DNA of 63,764 bases, the filler included, from Neolecta irregularis DAH-3 (taxonomy: Eukaryota): assembly GCA_001929475.1 (NCBI GenBank). It is 6 parts of 6 records of this genome, joined end to end, with 100 filler letters (N's around TTAATTAATTAA, not from the genome) between each part and the next. Parts side by side here need not be neighbours in the genome. Positions count along the whole stretch, not along the records: positions 1 to 7,859 come from LXFE01002989.1; positions 7,960 to 17,788 come from LXFE01002993.1; 4 more parts are not named here. The stretch is one strand, 5' to 3'. The position numbers were made by a program, and so were the translations under genes. Shown one piece after another: positions 1 through 11,753 of the stretch (positions are counted from its first letter, which is position 1; each line of letters starts with the position of its first letter). Below the pieces are notes generated by a model. The model was not told the origin of the DNA. It did not search any database and saw only the letters and a list, made by a program, of their open reading frames with translations.

Positions 1-731
1 CAGGACGCCGCTGCAGACCGCGATAGTATCGACGACGAGCTCGAACCCGAAGACCAGGTCAAAAAAGCGAAGCAACACCAAATGTGCCAGTCCTCGCTCT
101 GCTTCCGCCCGCCTCACCAGAGTTTCATAGATCGTTTAGCATACCCTCGCAAATCACGCTCTCCACAGACCGCCTGCTCCTTCATCTCGAAACAGCCCTC
201 TTGTCGCCCTCAAGCTTCACCGAATACAAATCTCCGATTATCGGTTCAATCCCTCAGGTTTCTGCGTTTCTTGATAACAACCGAAGGCATTCCTAAACTT
301 TAGGCCAATCCAAAACTGTAGAAATTACAACCTTTTTTCTTTATACTGACGTGCTACTGCAGGTACAGCTTCAAATTCTAACTTCTTTTATATTGAGATC
401 GTCTGCTATTTCAACGATCTTGACGGACCTGTGGAAGGACGAGCGTTTTTGTGACAAGTCTGCTTTTGGTCTGGGGAGCGGGTTATAGCGCTTGCTTGTG
501 GCACAGGGTGGGGTGGGCCAGGACGATGTTGAGGCTGCGGACCTTGATAGACCTGGACTCGCAGGTGGAGGCGCCGAAGGAGGAGTCGCCGGACCAGCTC
601 CGGGTAACCCTACAGACGATGACGACGAGGACTGTAGCGCGCAGGGTGCATGTGTGGGCGCCCTGGATGCCGGCAGAGAGGGCGCCGCCGACAGCTCCGC
701 AACGATTTGGAGATCGACAGTGCTGATGTAG
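1..731 (+). CDS. Unidentified multi-exon gene fragment; continues the gene whose 5' end is at 7623-7859
   Basis: Bases 1-126 duplicate 7733-7859. Plausible GT-AG introns link short open exons (SFSIPSQITLSTDRLLLHLETALL...). No family recognised and the 3' end is uncertain. Confidence 0.35.
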
Positions 732-841
732 AGCGTCATGTGGCATAGGTGGTATAATGCATTCCCGGCTCGAGTAAAAGGGCCTACTGGCTGATCGAGT
801 GAATTTTCTTTCCAGATTTCGAATGAGCGANNNNNNNNNNT

Positions 842-3321
842 CTATTTTATCGGCATTTTGACGACGCCGGCATCATCCGCGTTATCCGTGACCAATTTTT
901 GATAATCTTTAATGGTACCATCGAATTTCGAAACACAATCATCTATACCGTAAATAATATAAAGGAAAGAGCGGGTACTAGAACATAACCATAATTGGTT
1001 ACACACGGACGCGAGGAAAGTGACGTCATGAGAAACGAGGATTACACCGCCTGTGAAAGTCCTACATGCATCCATTAGTGCATCCATGGCATCCATATCT
1101 AAATGATTTGTCGGTTCATCTAAAACGCTGGAAAAAAAAATTAGCCGCGATGGCAGAAGGAGGAGGTACAGAATATGAGGGTTAAGTAATCCCAGACAAG
1201 CAAATGCCACACGAGACTTTTGACCACCTGAAAGTGTACTCATTTGTTGTAATCCAAGCATGCCCGAAATACCTAACCCCGTCAATCCTGGAAAAATGGG
1301 TGGCGCGGGTAAATACCGAAATTCCCGAGATGTTTTCTGTATTCTTCTTCATTTTTGCCGGGCCATCGTTTACTCATAAATGTCACTGCGCTTACACTTA
1401 GATCTAGCGAGTCTACATGATGTTGAGCAAAATAAGCGATTCGTAAACGCGGATGTCTGGATACCCTTGAAGATTACTAACCCTAAACTAATACTAGGGG
1501 GGTACAAGCCAGATGAAGGTTCAAGCATCTCAGTTAACAATTTCAATAATGTAGTTTTTCCAGATCCGTTGGGTCCAATTACCCCGATTCTTGAATCCAT
1601 TTGAACGTCGATATCGACTTTTTTCAAGATTATTTGGTGGGGGGAATATCCAAAAGTGACATTACTCATTTGTAAAATAGGCATACTTATTTTTTCTGCA
1701 TCGGGGAATTTAAATGTTGTCAAGATTTTACGTTCCGGTGGTTCTAATATTGGTAATTTTTCCAATTTTTTAATTCGGCTTTGGGCTTCGCTTGATTTAG
1801 CGGCGTTGTATCTGAATTTATCAATAAATTGTTGGAGATGCTTTCGATATCCCATTTGGGCTTCATATTCTCTAATAGCTTGTCTTGTTCGTTCTTCTTT
1901 TGTGGCGTAGAATTGGGAAAAGTTGCCCTTGTACGCATCGAGACGTTCGCTGTGCTGGTATATAATATCTGTCACTGTTTCATTGAGGAAATCTCGATCG
2001 TGAGAGACTACCAAGACGGTACTTTTATATGTTTGGAGGTATTTCGCCAAAAAGGCAATAGATGGGACGTCCAACATGTTTGAAGGTTCGTCAAGGAGTA
2101 AGAGATCTGGATTGCAAAAGAGGGCTCGAGCTAGTGCTAGACGCATTCTCCAACCGCCGGAAAAGCTCCTGGTTGGATTTGTTTGTTTTTCTTGAGAGAA
2201 TCCGAGGCCAGCGAGGATACTGGCTGCCCTGCTTTCCGCACCATCGCTGTCCATTTCGGCAAGTTTATTTTGTATATCCACGAGTCGCGAATCCAGATCT
2301 TGATGTTCGCGTACAAGAGAGGATGGAGCCGAGGCTGGATCTGCGAGTAGTGGATCGAGTTCTGATAAGCGATTGTTGGTTTTCTATGGATCAAGGGGGG
2401 AAAACGAGACATTATACGGATTGTTCGAGCAAGAGATGTTTTCTCCAGACGTCTGCATCTAGGACTGCTTGAATTGCTAGAGTATCGTCGCCAGAGAGTT
2501 CTTGCTCGACGTGGAGGATGGAAATATGAGTTGGAACGGCGAGTTCTCGACGACTGAGAGCTCGAAGGAGAGTTGATTTGCCAATACCGTTTCGACCGAC
2601 CAGACCGTATCTGCGTCCGTATGCGAGGGTGAGGCTTTGTAAGTTTTAGAGTGGAAGGAACATACGAGGCTTCAGTGAGGATTTTCAAGCCGACAAAGCT
2701 CAGATCGATCGACTCGAGTTTGATGTCTTTGCTTATTCCCTGGCCCGAGTTGCCGAGTTGGAGGGGATTGACGGCCATGTAAAACTCTTCATATGATTTT
2801 TGCGGGTCCAAGAGCTTTGAGGCCTGGTAGTCTGCCTTTATTGTTTTCTTTTCGAGCTTTGTAGCGATCTTGCGTTCGGCCTTTTCTAGCTTTCTGCGAT
2901 CGACCTTTGACTCTACGCGCCGTCCAGTGAGGGCGTCGAGGTCGATGGGGCCCGTGACGAGGGCGAGGGCGGACGAGAGATGGTGCTGGGCGCCGACATG
3001 GACAGTGGAGTCGAGGCGGGTGAGGGTGTTGTGGGGGGTGTGAGCGGCAAGGCGAGCGAGCAGGCGGGATTGCAGGCTGGTGCAGAGGGACTGGACTGCG
3101 TGTGGATCGCCGCCGGCGTCGAGGAGGATGGCCGCGACGTCTGCGAGAGCCTCGGCGACGGAATGCTCGTCGGCGGTGGCGGAGGGGTCGTCGATGTAGC
3201 CTCGATTAGCGAGACCGAGAGCAGAAATACCGGCAGTGTAGTCGACGAAGAGGGGGTCGATGTTGGGCAGTGCCGTGGAAATTGTGTGCACCGTGGACGT
3301 GGAAATGTGTGCTGTGGACAT
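842..3321 (-). CDS. GCN20: ABCF-family ATPase Gcn20/ABCF3 (multi-exon)
   Basis: Two ABC domains with no TM segments: GRNGIGKS, FSGGWRMRLALARALF, LLLDEPSN; then GPNGSGKTT, LSGGQKSRVAFA, LDEPTNHLD. The N-terminal ESKVDRRKLEKAERKI...YEEFYMAVNPL segment is typical of Gcn20. ATG (MSTAH) at 3321. Confidence 0.92.
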
Positions 3322-3515
3322 GGATGGGTGGTGGATATGGATGGGTGGTGGATATGGATGGGTGGTGGATATGGATGGTGGATAAGAGATTTTTTTCAGC
3401 GATGGATGATAGGATACAGACGTACAGACGATGGAATACAGAAGATAGAATACAACAGAAGATAGAATACAGACTACAGAATACTGAATACTGAAGACAG
3501 AACACCGAATACCGA
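3316..3515. repeat. Short tandem repeats in the GCN20/SSK2 divergent promoter
   Basis: About 3.5 copies of 17-bp GGATATGGATGGGTGGT (3316-3383), then degenerate AGAATAC-like repeats (3433-3515). Confidence 0.8.
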
Positions 3516-3533
3516 TACAAACACCACACCACC

Positions 3534-6500
3534 ATGTCGGACGACTCCCCGAAGCCCTTTGACTCATCTCCCGGATACGAATGGCGATCCAACGGCCCGT
3601 CCTTTGCCTCGTCGCCCGCCCGCGAACTCGCGCCCGGCATCGAAGGCAACGGCGGATACTTTCAGCCCCGCTGCGCCTATGCCCCACTGCGCCATCCGCC
3701 GCCCGCTGCTCCTTCTGCTATTGCTGCGACCGCTCCTGCCGCGCGCTCCTTCAACGACCGCTACCGCGCGCAGCAGGACGCCTATGTCGCAAAGACGCAA
3801 AAGGACCAGGAGGACTACGAGCGCTACCATCAGAACAGCAACAACGACGGCGGCGTCAACTCGGATAGCGGCGGCGAGTCGCCCGCCCTCGACATCTTCC
3901 GAGCCCGCCTGCACTGCGGCCACGACGCAGACACCCTCGACCTGCTCGACAGCATCGACCCCTCCCAGGTCGCCCTGGACAATCCCGAAACCCGCAACCG
4001 CCTCGACTGGCAGCTCATGCTCACCTCCGTCCTCACCGGCTCAGTCATGACCGCCGAGAAACACCGCCTCTCGGGCACAAACGAGAAAGACATAAAATCC
4101 CGCGCAGAGGTCATGGACGAGGTCTGGCTCGGCATCAGAGCAAAGGCATTCAAAAAACCCCTCGACGAACACAAGCAGTATATCGCGGACGCCCGCCTCC
4201 AAATAGACCCCATCCTCGAAAAGATAATCACCTTCCAGGTCACCGACGACCCCTCGACTTCCCCCTCACAGCAAATAGAAAATCTCCTCCAGCAAATTGA
4301 GCGCTGCGAACGCCTCTACCCAAACCTCGCCGCCCTAAGAAAAACCCACCCAAAAAGCACCTCCAATCTCTTTGAATACAAATACGCTGCCCTCATCACT
4401 TGGTCCACAGTCACAAAATCAATACAAACACAGTTCCAAGTCCTCAAAAGCTGGGTCGAAAACGACGATCTCGATGTCGCAAGATCCACAAACACCTCTT
4501 CCGGAATCGAAGACTCGAGTTCTTTCATCCTCAGAGTCTTGAAAGAAAACGGCCTCGGAAGAACTTTTGAAAAGAAAACACTAGCCGTATTAAACAAATT
4601 AATCGAAAAAGCTAAACGCGAAATGATTGCAAACGCCCAAGCATGGAAAGAAATGAATCTCCCCACCTATCTAGACGACCTCTTACGCCTCGTCAATTTC
4701 CCTACAAAACTCATCGAAGAAGCCCTCCAAATGCGTTTAAAATACGCCAAAAAACCAGCTGCAGATAGAGTCGATAAAGTAGATCAACTCATCAGCGATT
4801 TTCGACTTTCAATTAACCTGGCCATTCGTATTAAACGCGAATACACCGAAATTCTAAGTCCACAGCCTGGTTGGGATTTACCGCCTTGCATCGATGAAAA
4901 TTTTGATCAAGTCGTTTGCGATATCATTGCATTCTATTTTCATCTCATCGGCCTTCAAATCAGCACCGGAGGAAGCCCGGGATTAAATAAAGAAGACAAT
5001 TCCGTTACATTTAGAGACGTTGAATTGCTTGAAGTCGAATGGGCATTCATGAGAGATGAAGTTTGTCCCGTCATTGGTGGTGCATCGGCCCTTGCCGCTG
5101 ACAACTTTTGGTGAGCATTGCAAATTCTAATTCTAACTCTAGTCAACTCACTAGTGCCATATTCAGTCGAATGGCACAGTATATCAAATCTTCGTTTCCC
5201 GGTCACGCTGCATTGAGTCAAGATCATGATACAATTGTCACTGAAATGGCAAAGGGTGATTTCGCAAAGGAACAGTCCAGGTTATTGGATAATATCCGTT
5301 CTCGGTGCCGGAAACTTCTTTCATTTACAAAAAGACTCACGCCCGGGTTGGAAAATGCTCTTGAAGGGACTATACATAATCTCCCGGCATTTATTGAAGT
5401 CCTTCAAGAATCTGGTCATTTTTTAGCATATACGGCATCAGTTGAACAGGATCACGTTTATATCATTGCAGACTCGGCATTAATTCATGAGACCTCTCGC
5501 ATTTCCAAAATTGTTCAATCCAGTTTTGTGGTAAATGAACCACGGGAACAAAGTGAAGACTATACACCGTACGTCTTTCTTTTAGCCCCTGTTGAATATT
5601 TCAATTGGACGGGACTAGTCATGGACGTTGATTTAAATCTTACAACGGACACTGTTCCTGAGGTTAAATGGGGAGATTTCAGATTAATAACGGAAACAGC
5701 TGAAGGGTGTCATAAAAAAATCATGAATGCAAAAAGAAGAGTCCTTGACTTTGCCGAAAATCTCGTTTCCTTCAAACCTGAAAAAAGAGCAAATAATCAA
5801 AAAATTCAACAACATTTACAAAAAACAAAGAAACAAATCTATCGGTTTTCAACTTGTATTATTGATTGTGTTAAAGTTGTTCGAGAACGAGCGCAGGGAC
5901 GGAATTGTCAGGAATTAGTTCAGAATTTTTTTACTTTTGCCGCGGATTTAGGACAAGATAAACGGACTGTTCGAATGATGCAACCTGTTCATCGTCTATC
6001 CCACCATCAGAAATTAATTCGGCTTGCAATTTGGTGGGTTAATTTCATTGTTTCAGATTGTGTTTCTACTGATCGGAGAACCTTTCGGTGGGCGGTAGCT
6101 GCCTTGGAATTTGCAGTAACAATGACACGAGGAAATAACGTGTTGACTATCACAGAAGAAGAATTCACTACACTACGAATTCACGTGGGCGATTGTATGG
6201 CTTTACTTGTCTCGCATTTCGATATCATGGGCGCTCGGTCGCATTTAGCTCAACAGGAAGAAGACGCCAGATTGGCTGGTTTGAAAAAAAGTGGTGTCTT
6301 ACGCGTAGCTCCTAATATCTCGCAAGAATTAGAAGATGACCTTGCCCTAGAAAAATTAAGAGCAAGTGTCCTTGAAAAATTAGCAGCTATCGACGATAAA
6401 CGAAAATTACAACAACAGTCTCAACATATGGTTGGAAAAGTCCTTGATGATACCGTCTCCGAGAACCGTTCATTAATGCAACTAGCGTCTTCTTTATCAA

Positions 6501-7491
6501 ATATTACAATGAGATGGCAACAAGATCGATTTATAGGCTGTGGAACATTCGGCGACGTGTACGCTGCTATAAATCTCGACTCGGGCGATTTAATGGCCGT
6601 CAAAGAAATCAGAATGCAAGATCCTCAAACAATGAAAAATAAAATTCGAGTTATTCGTGATGAGATGCGTGCTTTGGAAACACTTGATCATCCTAATATC
6701 GTACAATACTACGGTATCGAAGTTCATCGTGACAAGGTTTATATATTTATGGAATATTGTGTTGGTGGTTCTTTGTCTAGGCTCTTGGAACATGGACGAA
6801 TTGAAGATGAAACTGTATTGCAGGTCTACGCCTTACAAATGCTTGAAGGAATAGCGTATCTTCATGACCGTCGGATCGTTCATCGGGATTTAAAACCGGA
6901 AAGTAAGTTTTCTGTTGGGTATTGTTGAACTATAGATATACTTCTTGATCATGCTGGTCTCATCAAATTCGTTGATTTTGGAGCCGCGAAAATGCTGGCT
7001 CGTCAAGGTAAGACTAGAACTGGGGAAAATGACGCTACGGCTAGGACTAGACTTGGTAGTATGACTGGAACGCCAATGTACATGTCTCCCGAAGGTATCC
7101 TGTTGCTCACTTTACCTACTAACAAGATAGCCATCACCGGGGGGAATACAGGTCGTCTGGGAGCAATGGATATATGGTCAGTCGGTTGCTGCTTAACGGA
7201 AATGGCAACAGGAAAACGTCCTTGGCCAAATATGGACAATGAATGGGCTGTATGGTTCAACTTTTTCTTTCAGACTAACAATAGATCATGTATCAAATCG
7301 CTGCTGGTCAGAAACCTACTTTTCCACGGCCCGAGGAATTGAGTGTCGCTGGTCGAAGATTTATAGCTCGATGTCTGGAACCAAATGCTGATAAACGACC
7401 CTCCGCCGCGGAACTCTTGACAGACCCTTGGATCATGATTATCAGGGATATGAATGGTCTTTGCGATCCTCAAACGCCTGATACAACTTAA
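3534..7491 (+). CDS. SSK2: Stress-activated MAP kinase kinase kinase, Ssk2/Wis4/Win1 family (multi-exon)
   Basis: RLDWQLMLTSVLTG and FRWAVAALEFA/SHFDIMGAR regulatory motifs. Kinase domain has IGCGTFGDVY, MAVKEIR, HRDLKPE, DFGAAK and GTPMYMSPE. Confidence 0.93.
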
Positions 7492-7622
7492 AAATAATCT
7501 GTTTATTCTGGGCTAGTTTGGAGTTATTTTTCTTTAGGCATTAAGCTAAGTGGCTATTCTCTCTTTGTATCTTCTGAGATAATATATGTGTTCATTGTTG
7601 CTTATTAGTAACACAACCTGGA

Positions 7623-7859
7623 ATGTCACACAAAATCCAGCTCACCGACGGTTCCGCCCAAAAGTGCTGCACGACGCAAAATCCCAGTTTGCTACTGCCT
7701 CCCATGACGGCCATGCTGATCGCAAATTCTTCCAGGACGCCGCTGCAGACCGCGATAGTATCGACGACGAGCTCGAACCCGAAGACCAGGTCAAAAAAAG
7801 CGAAGCAACACCAAATGTGCCAGTCCTCGCTCTGCTTCCGCCCGCCTCACCAGAGTTTC
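7623..7859 (+). CDS. 5' part of an unidentified gene, truncated by a gap
   Basis: ATG at 7623, then an acidic stretch (FFQDAAADRDSIDDELEPED). The sequence continues at window position 1. Confidence 0.35.
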
Positions 7860-7959
7860 NNNNNNNNNNNNNNNNNNNNNNNNNNNNNNNNNNNNNNNNN
7901 NNNTTAATTAATTAANNNNNNNNNNNNNNNNNNNNNNNNNNNNNNNNNNNNNNNNNNNN
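7860..7959. other. Scaffold gap with artificial TTAATTAATTAA linker (also at 17789-17888, 43957-44056, 50460-50559, 58026-58125; plain 10-N gap at 831-840)
   Basis: Identical 100-bp N-blocks with a central linker that has stops in all six frames. Confidence 0.97.
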
Positions 7960-8036
7960 TGGTTTAATGTCGTGTCTCACAAGCACCTTGTTCCTAGCCA
8001 CACCACGTGATGTATATTATTACATGATGTATATTA

Positions 8037-8832
8037 TTACATCACCTCTCCTATATCAAGAATCCGAGATTCCGCCCGTTGCAGCAACCGCTCGCTCTTC
8101 CGCTGAATCAACAGCCACATATCATACACAGCCCTATTCATAAGCAATGTTTAATAATACCCTCGTACTTGAATGCCCCTACAATACAGTAGGTCATAAT
8201 TCCCCCTCCCGCTCCAGCCACAAATATATACCCCCCATTCCGGCGACGTATCGCAATCCCATTCATTCCAAGCCGGATAGGTGAGTCCTGTCCATACGTC
8301 GTCAACGAACAGATTAGCCCAAATGTAAGTGTCCCCATAAAAAAATGGTCAGTGTTTGGCCGCAATGCTTCCTTCCATGAATGCATCCGCCCAACACGGT
8401 AAAACTCAATCTTGGGGTACCAGTCCATCAAATAGCAACACATCCTCGCACACACTCCCCCGGTGTAGACAAGAAGTAAACATGAAAGCATCGTTAAAGT
8501 AGCCTGCGTAGCTCCACTGTCAGTCCAATAAAGTACTACAAATTACTCGTGGATGTGACATATCTTGCCAGAGATGTCCTCGAATAGTTGTACCGGTAGT
8601 GGCACTGGTCGCACGAAAAGAAACTCGCGTGCTTTGGAGACTGGTGTCTCCATTCGTCAAGACATTTGACGTGGATCCACTGCCTGTCAGAAACAATACG
8701 ATAACAAACAACCTTCATCGTCCCGGAACATCTGCACGGCGAAAACAGACGCCCTAGTTGTGCAAATTCTTCTGCGCCAGCCAAACAGACCCTGCAGGTG
8801 GGCGACGCATCCATGTGGTGTGGTTCCATCAT
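8037..8832 (-). CDS. RING-CH (RINGv/MARCH-like) membrane E3 ubiquitin ligase (multi-exon)
   Basis: CRVC...FSPCRCSGTMK|WIHVKCLDEWR...CDQCHYRY C4HC3 motif followed by hydrophobic segments. Last exon AVYDMWLLIQRKSERLLQRAESRILDIGEVM*. Start is 8832, 8829 or 8814. Confidence 0.85.
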
Positions 8833-8841
8833 CTCACCTCC

Positions 8842-10108
8842 ATGCAACGACGCACAAAACACACAGACCGCTTCATACCCACAGTCTCTCCAACCCGCAA
8901 ACTCTATCTCTCCTCTCCACTAGACACGCTTCTCTGCGCAGCAATAGGCATAGACAAACCTTCTACAATCTTGACCTATCGCAACAAACTAGCACGAACA
9001 GAGCGTCCTATACAATCCAAACCTCTTCGATGCATACACCCCGAACCCGTCCGCGTACTCGACGCCCCAAACCTCCAAGACGATTTTTACTCGTCCTTAC
9101 TCTCATGGAGTATCGCTGGTGAACTAGCAGTTGCTCTAGAAGACCAAGTATATATTTGGCACTCGGGTATCCACTTCTCCCTCGCTCACCATCCAACAAC
9201 CCCCAGGCCGAAGCGCAAAACTCATTCAAGAGTGTTTCTCCGAAATTGTGTCTTGGGTTGCCTTCTCCAAAACAAGACAAAGTGTCCTTGCCATCGCCCG
9301 TGTTTCGGTAAATAAATACCCCGCTCCACCGCTTATCACAGGGTCTCCTTCAAATTTGGGACCATATGCTTTATTCTCCCCTGGTTCAAGTTACTGTTCC
9401 TCAAGGTATCGGTGCTCTTGCCTGGAAACCAGATTCAGACACCTTGCTAATTGGAACTTGTTCAGGCGATCTACTTTTATACCACCTGAACCTCGATTTA
9501 AAAACATTTACTCTATCCTCGCAAATATTACATTGTCATTCACAGCAAATCTGTGGAGTCGAATGGAGTTGCGATGGCTTGCAGTATGCGGCTGGTGGAA
9601 ATGACAGTCTGGTTACATGCTTCGACCTCGCTTCTTTTCAAGCAAAATATTCATGGATACATGAAGCAGCTGTAAAAGCCCTCTCCTTTTCACCCTGGCA
9701 AAAAAGTCTTTTAGCAACAGGTATCATTTACATCCATATCGTCTAATTTGAGGCGGAGGCAGTTCAGATAAAAGTATTCGTGTTCTTCATACATTTACAG
9801 GTCAATTGCTGTATAAAGTATCAGTAGATGCCCAGGTAACCAGTCTTCTATGGAGTCCTTGTCGAAAAGAATTGTTAGCCACATACGGCTATGCCCTCTC
9901 CCAAAAAACTAGCAGAATCGAATTATTCGCGTACCCGCAAATGAATCCTATTTGGAGCACCTCTATTCAGACTGGTCATCGCACACTTGGAGCAGTGGAA
10001 AGTGAAGGTTTGGTAGCTGTTTCCTCGAGCGATGAAATGATTCGCTTTTATAGAATTTGGGAAGGAAAAAGAAAACCTAAAGTGGAATGGACCTGCGAAA
10101 TTAGATAA
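8842..10108 (+). CDS. Cdc20/Fizzy-family APC/C activator, Ama1-like (multi-exon WD40)
   Basis: C-box DRFIP near the N-terminus, RVLDAPNLQDDFYSSLLSWS, AAGGND, AAVKALSFSPW, and a C-terminal IR tail (CEIR*). Confidence 0.88.
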
Positions 10109-10121
10109 CATTATATTTAAT

Positions 10122-11413
10122 CTATATAGAATCAACTTGCATTTCATCATTGGTCAAGTTTCTACCTCGGTTTATTTGTACCGCTGTATCTTGACCTCCT
10201 GAAACGATACCAATTTCCTTCCAATCAACACAAAATACTTGACCCCATCCAGTTTCTCGTTTAATAGAATACAGTGACCCTGTCGGAGCTCGAACGTCCC
10301 ATATTTTACACGTGGAATCAAGTGAACTACTAACGAGCATATACCCACTTTCCGGACTTGCCGATAATCCAGAAATCATATTAATGTGCCCTGACAATGT
10401 ATGTGTTGCTATACTTGCACTCCGAGGATCGTGTAGAAATATCGACCGGGTACTGGTTCCAGTAGCTACTAGATTCAATGTCGAAAGATATGACAGACAG
10501 AGAAGCGGGGAAGGCGTTTGCGTCAATTGTGTTTGTTGAGAGGTGGTGATATCCCAGGTACGTAACGTATGATCCCACGAACATGAATAAATTATCGAAG
10601 AATCGCAACTGAATTTGATGCCGGAAATTGGCCCAGAATGTCCTTGTAACAAGTCTAGTGGCTCCTAGGTAAATTAGAAAAAGAAGAGGGTAACAAGGTA
10701 CCCTTTGAATCATCGATTTCGATTCATATTCCGTCGAAATGCCCCAGACGCGGACCATTCCATCCGCACACGCTGAAATCACCTTCTCATCGATAGAATC
10801 AATATCCTCAATAGGTCCTTTATGACCCACCAGTTCTAAACGACAACTAGTCGTCTCCCACACCCGGATACTACGATCCATCGAAGCAGTCAAATACACA
10901 CCATCTAAAATCTTCACAGCTTTAATAGGCCTGTTGTGACCTTTAAATGTACACACTACATTCCCTGAAAAATCCCATAGTCGGGCAATGTTATCGTACG
11001 ATCCCGTCAAGATATGTTGTCCTGATACATGGACACTCGATACCCAATCATCATGCAAATAACTCGAATGAAATAAAGGCGGAATTATCGATTTAACGTA
11101 TTCGAGGGAAATCACGGATTCCTACATGTATTAAAAAAAGAATTCAAGGTTGACAAACGGTGGAAAGACCTTTGGCAGTTAAATAATTTGCCAAAGACAT
11201 TTTTAAAAGTTCTCCATCGATTAGGAATTCAAATGGTATCGGTGTTTCTAAATATTAGTGTTATGCAAAAAGAATCATGTAACCAGAAGCCAATAAATGA
11301 TTCACTACTTCGCTGAGACCATACCTTTTGAGTTCAAGTGGAACGAGTATCGGTACTTGATCGACTTTGAGGTCTGCATGTCTTGTGGTGAATTTAACTT
11401 GAACTTGAGCCAT
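10122..11413 (-). CDS. YTM1: Ribosome biogenesis WD40 protein Ytm1/WDR12
   Basis: N-terminal NLE domain (QVQVKFTT...LKRYGLSEVVNHLL), then LEYVKSIIPP...HDDWVSSV and WD repeats. Confidence 0.92.
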
Positions 11414-11753
11414 ATAATTGATTATAATATTTTGGCGGTTTGAGCAAAAGTGCCCGCAAAACAAGCACGTGCTAGATTCGACACCACCTACACTGATACA
11501 ATATTCATCTATTCCAAAGAGCTTGAAAGGAAGAGCGTAAAGACAAAACACACAATCCGGTTGAGCCAATTAAACAATACACCAAAGCAACCGCAACATG
11601 CCTCGCCGCTCAATATGAAAGAAAATCAAACGAGTGACAAGTCATAGCAGAGAAATAACCAAAGAACGACTGATATCTTCAAACTTGTCTCGTTGTTTCT
11701 ATATTTTTCCTGAATCTCCCAGCCCCTGTTTAAAAAGAAACACGAAATAACAG

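Noticed and set aside
2137-3687. 516-aa minus ORF overlapping SSK2
   Set aside because: Read-through of promoter repeats and introns; the real GCN20 start is the ATG at 3321.
7904-7915. TTAATTAATTAA palindrome recurring five times
   Set aside because: Always centred in 100-bp N-gaps; it is an assembly linker, and ORFs ending in ...XXXLIN are artefacts.
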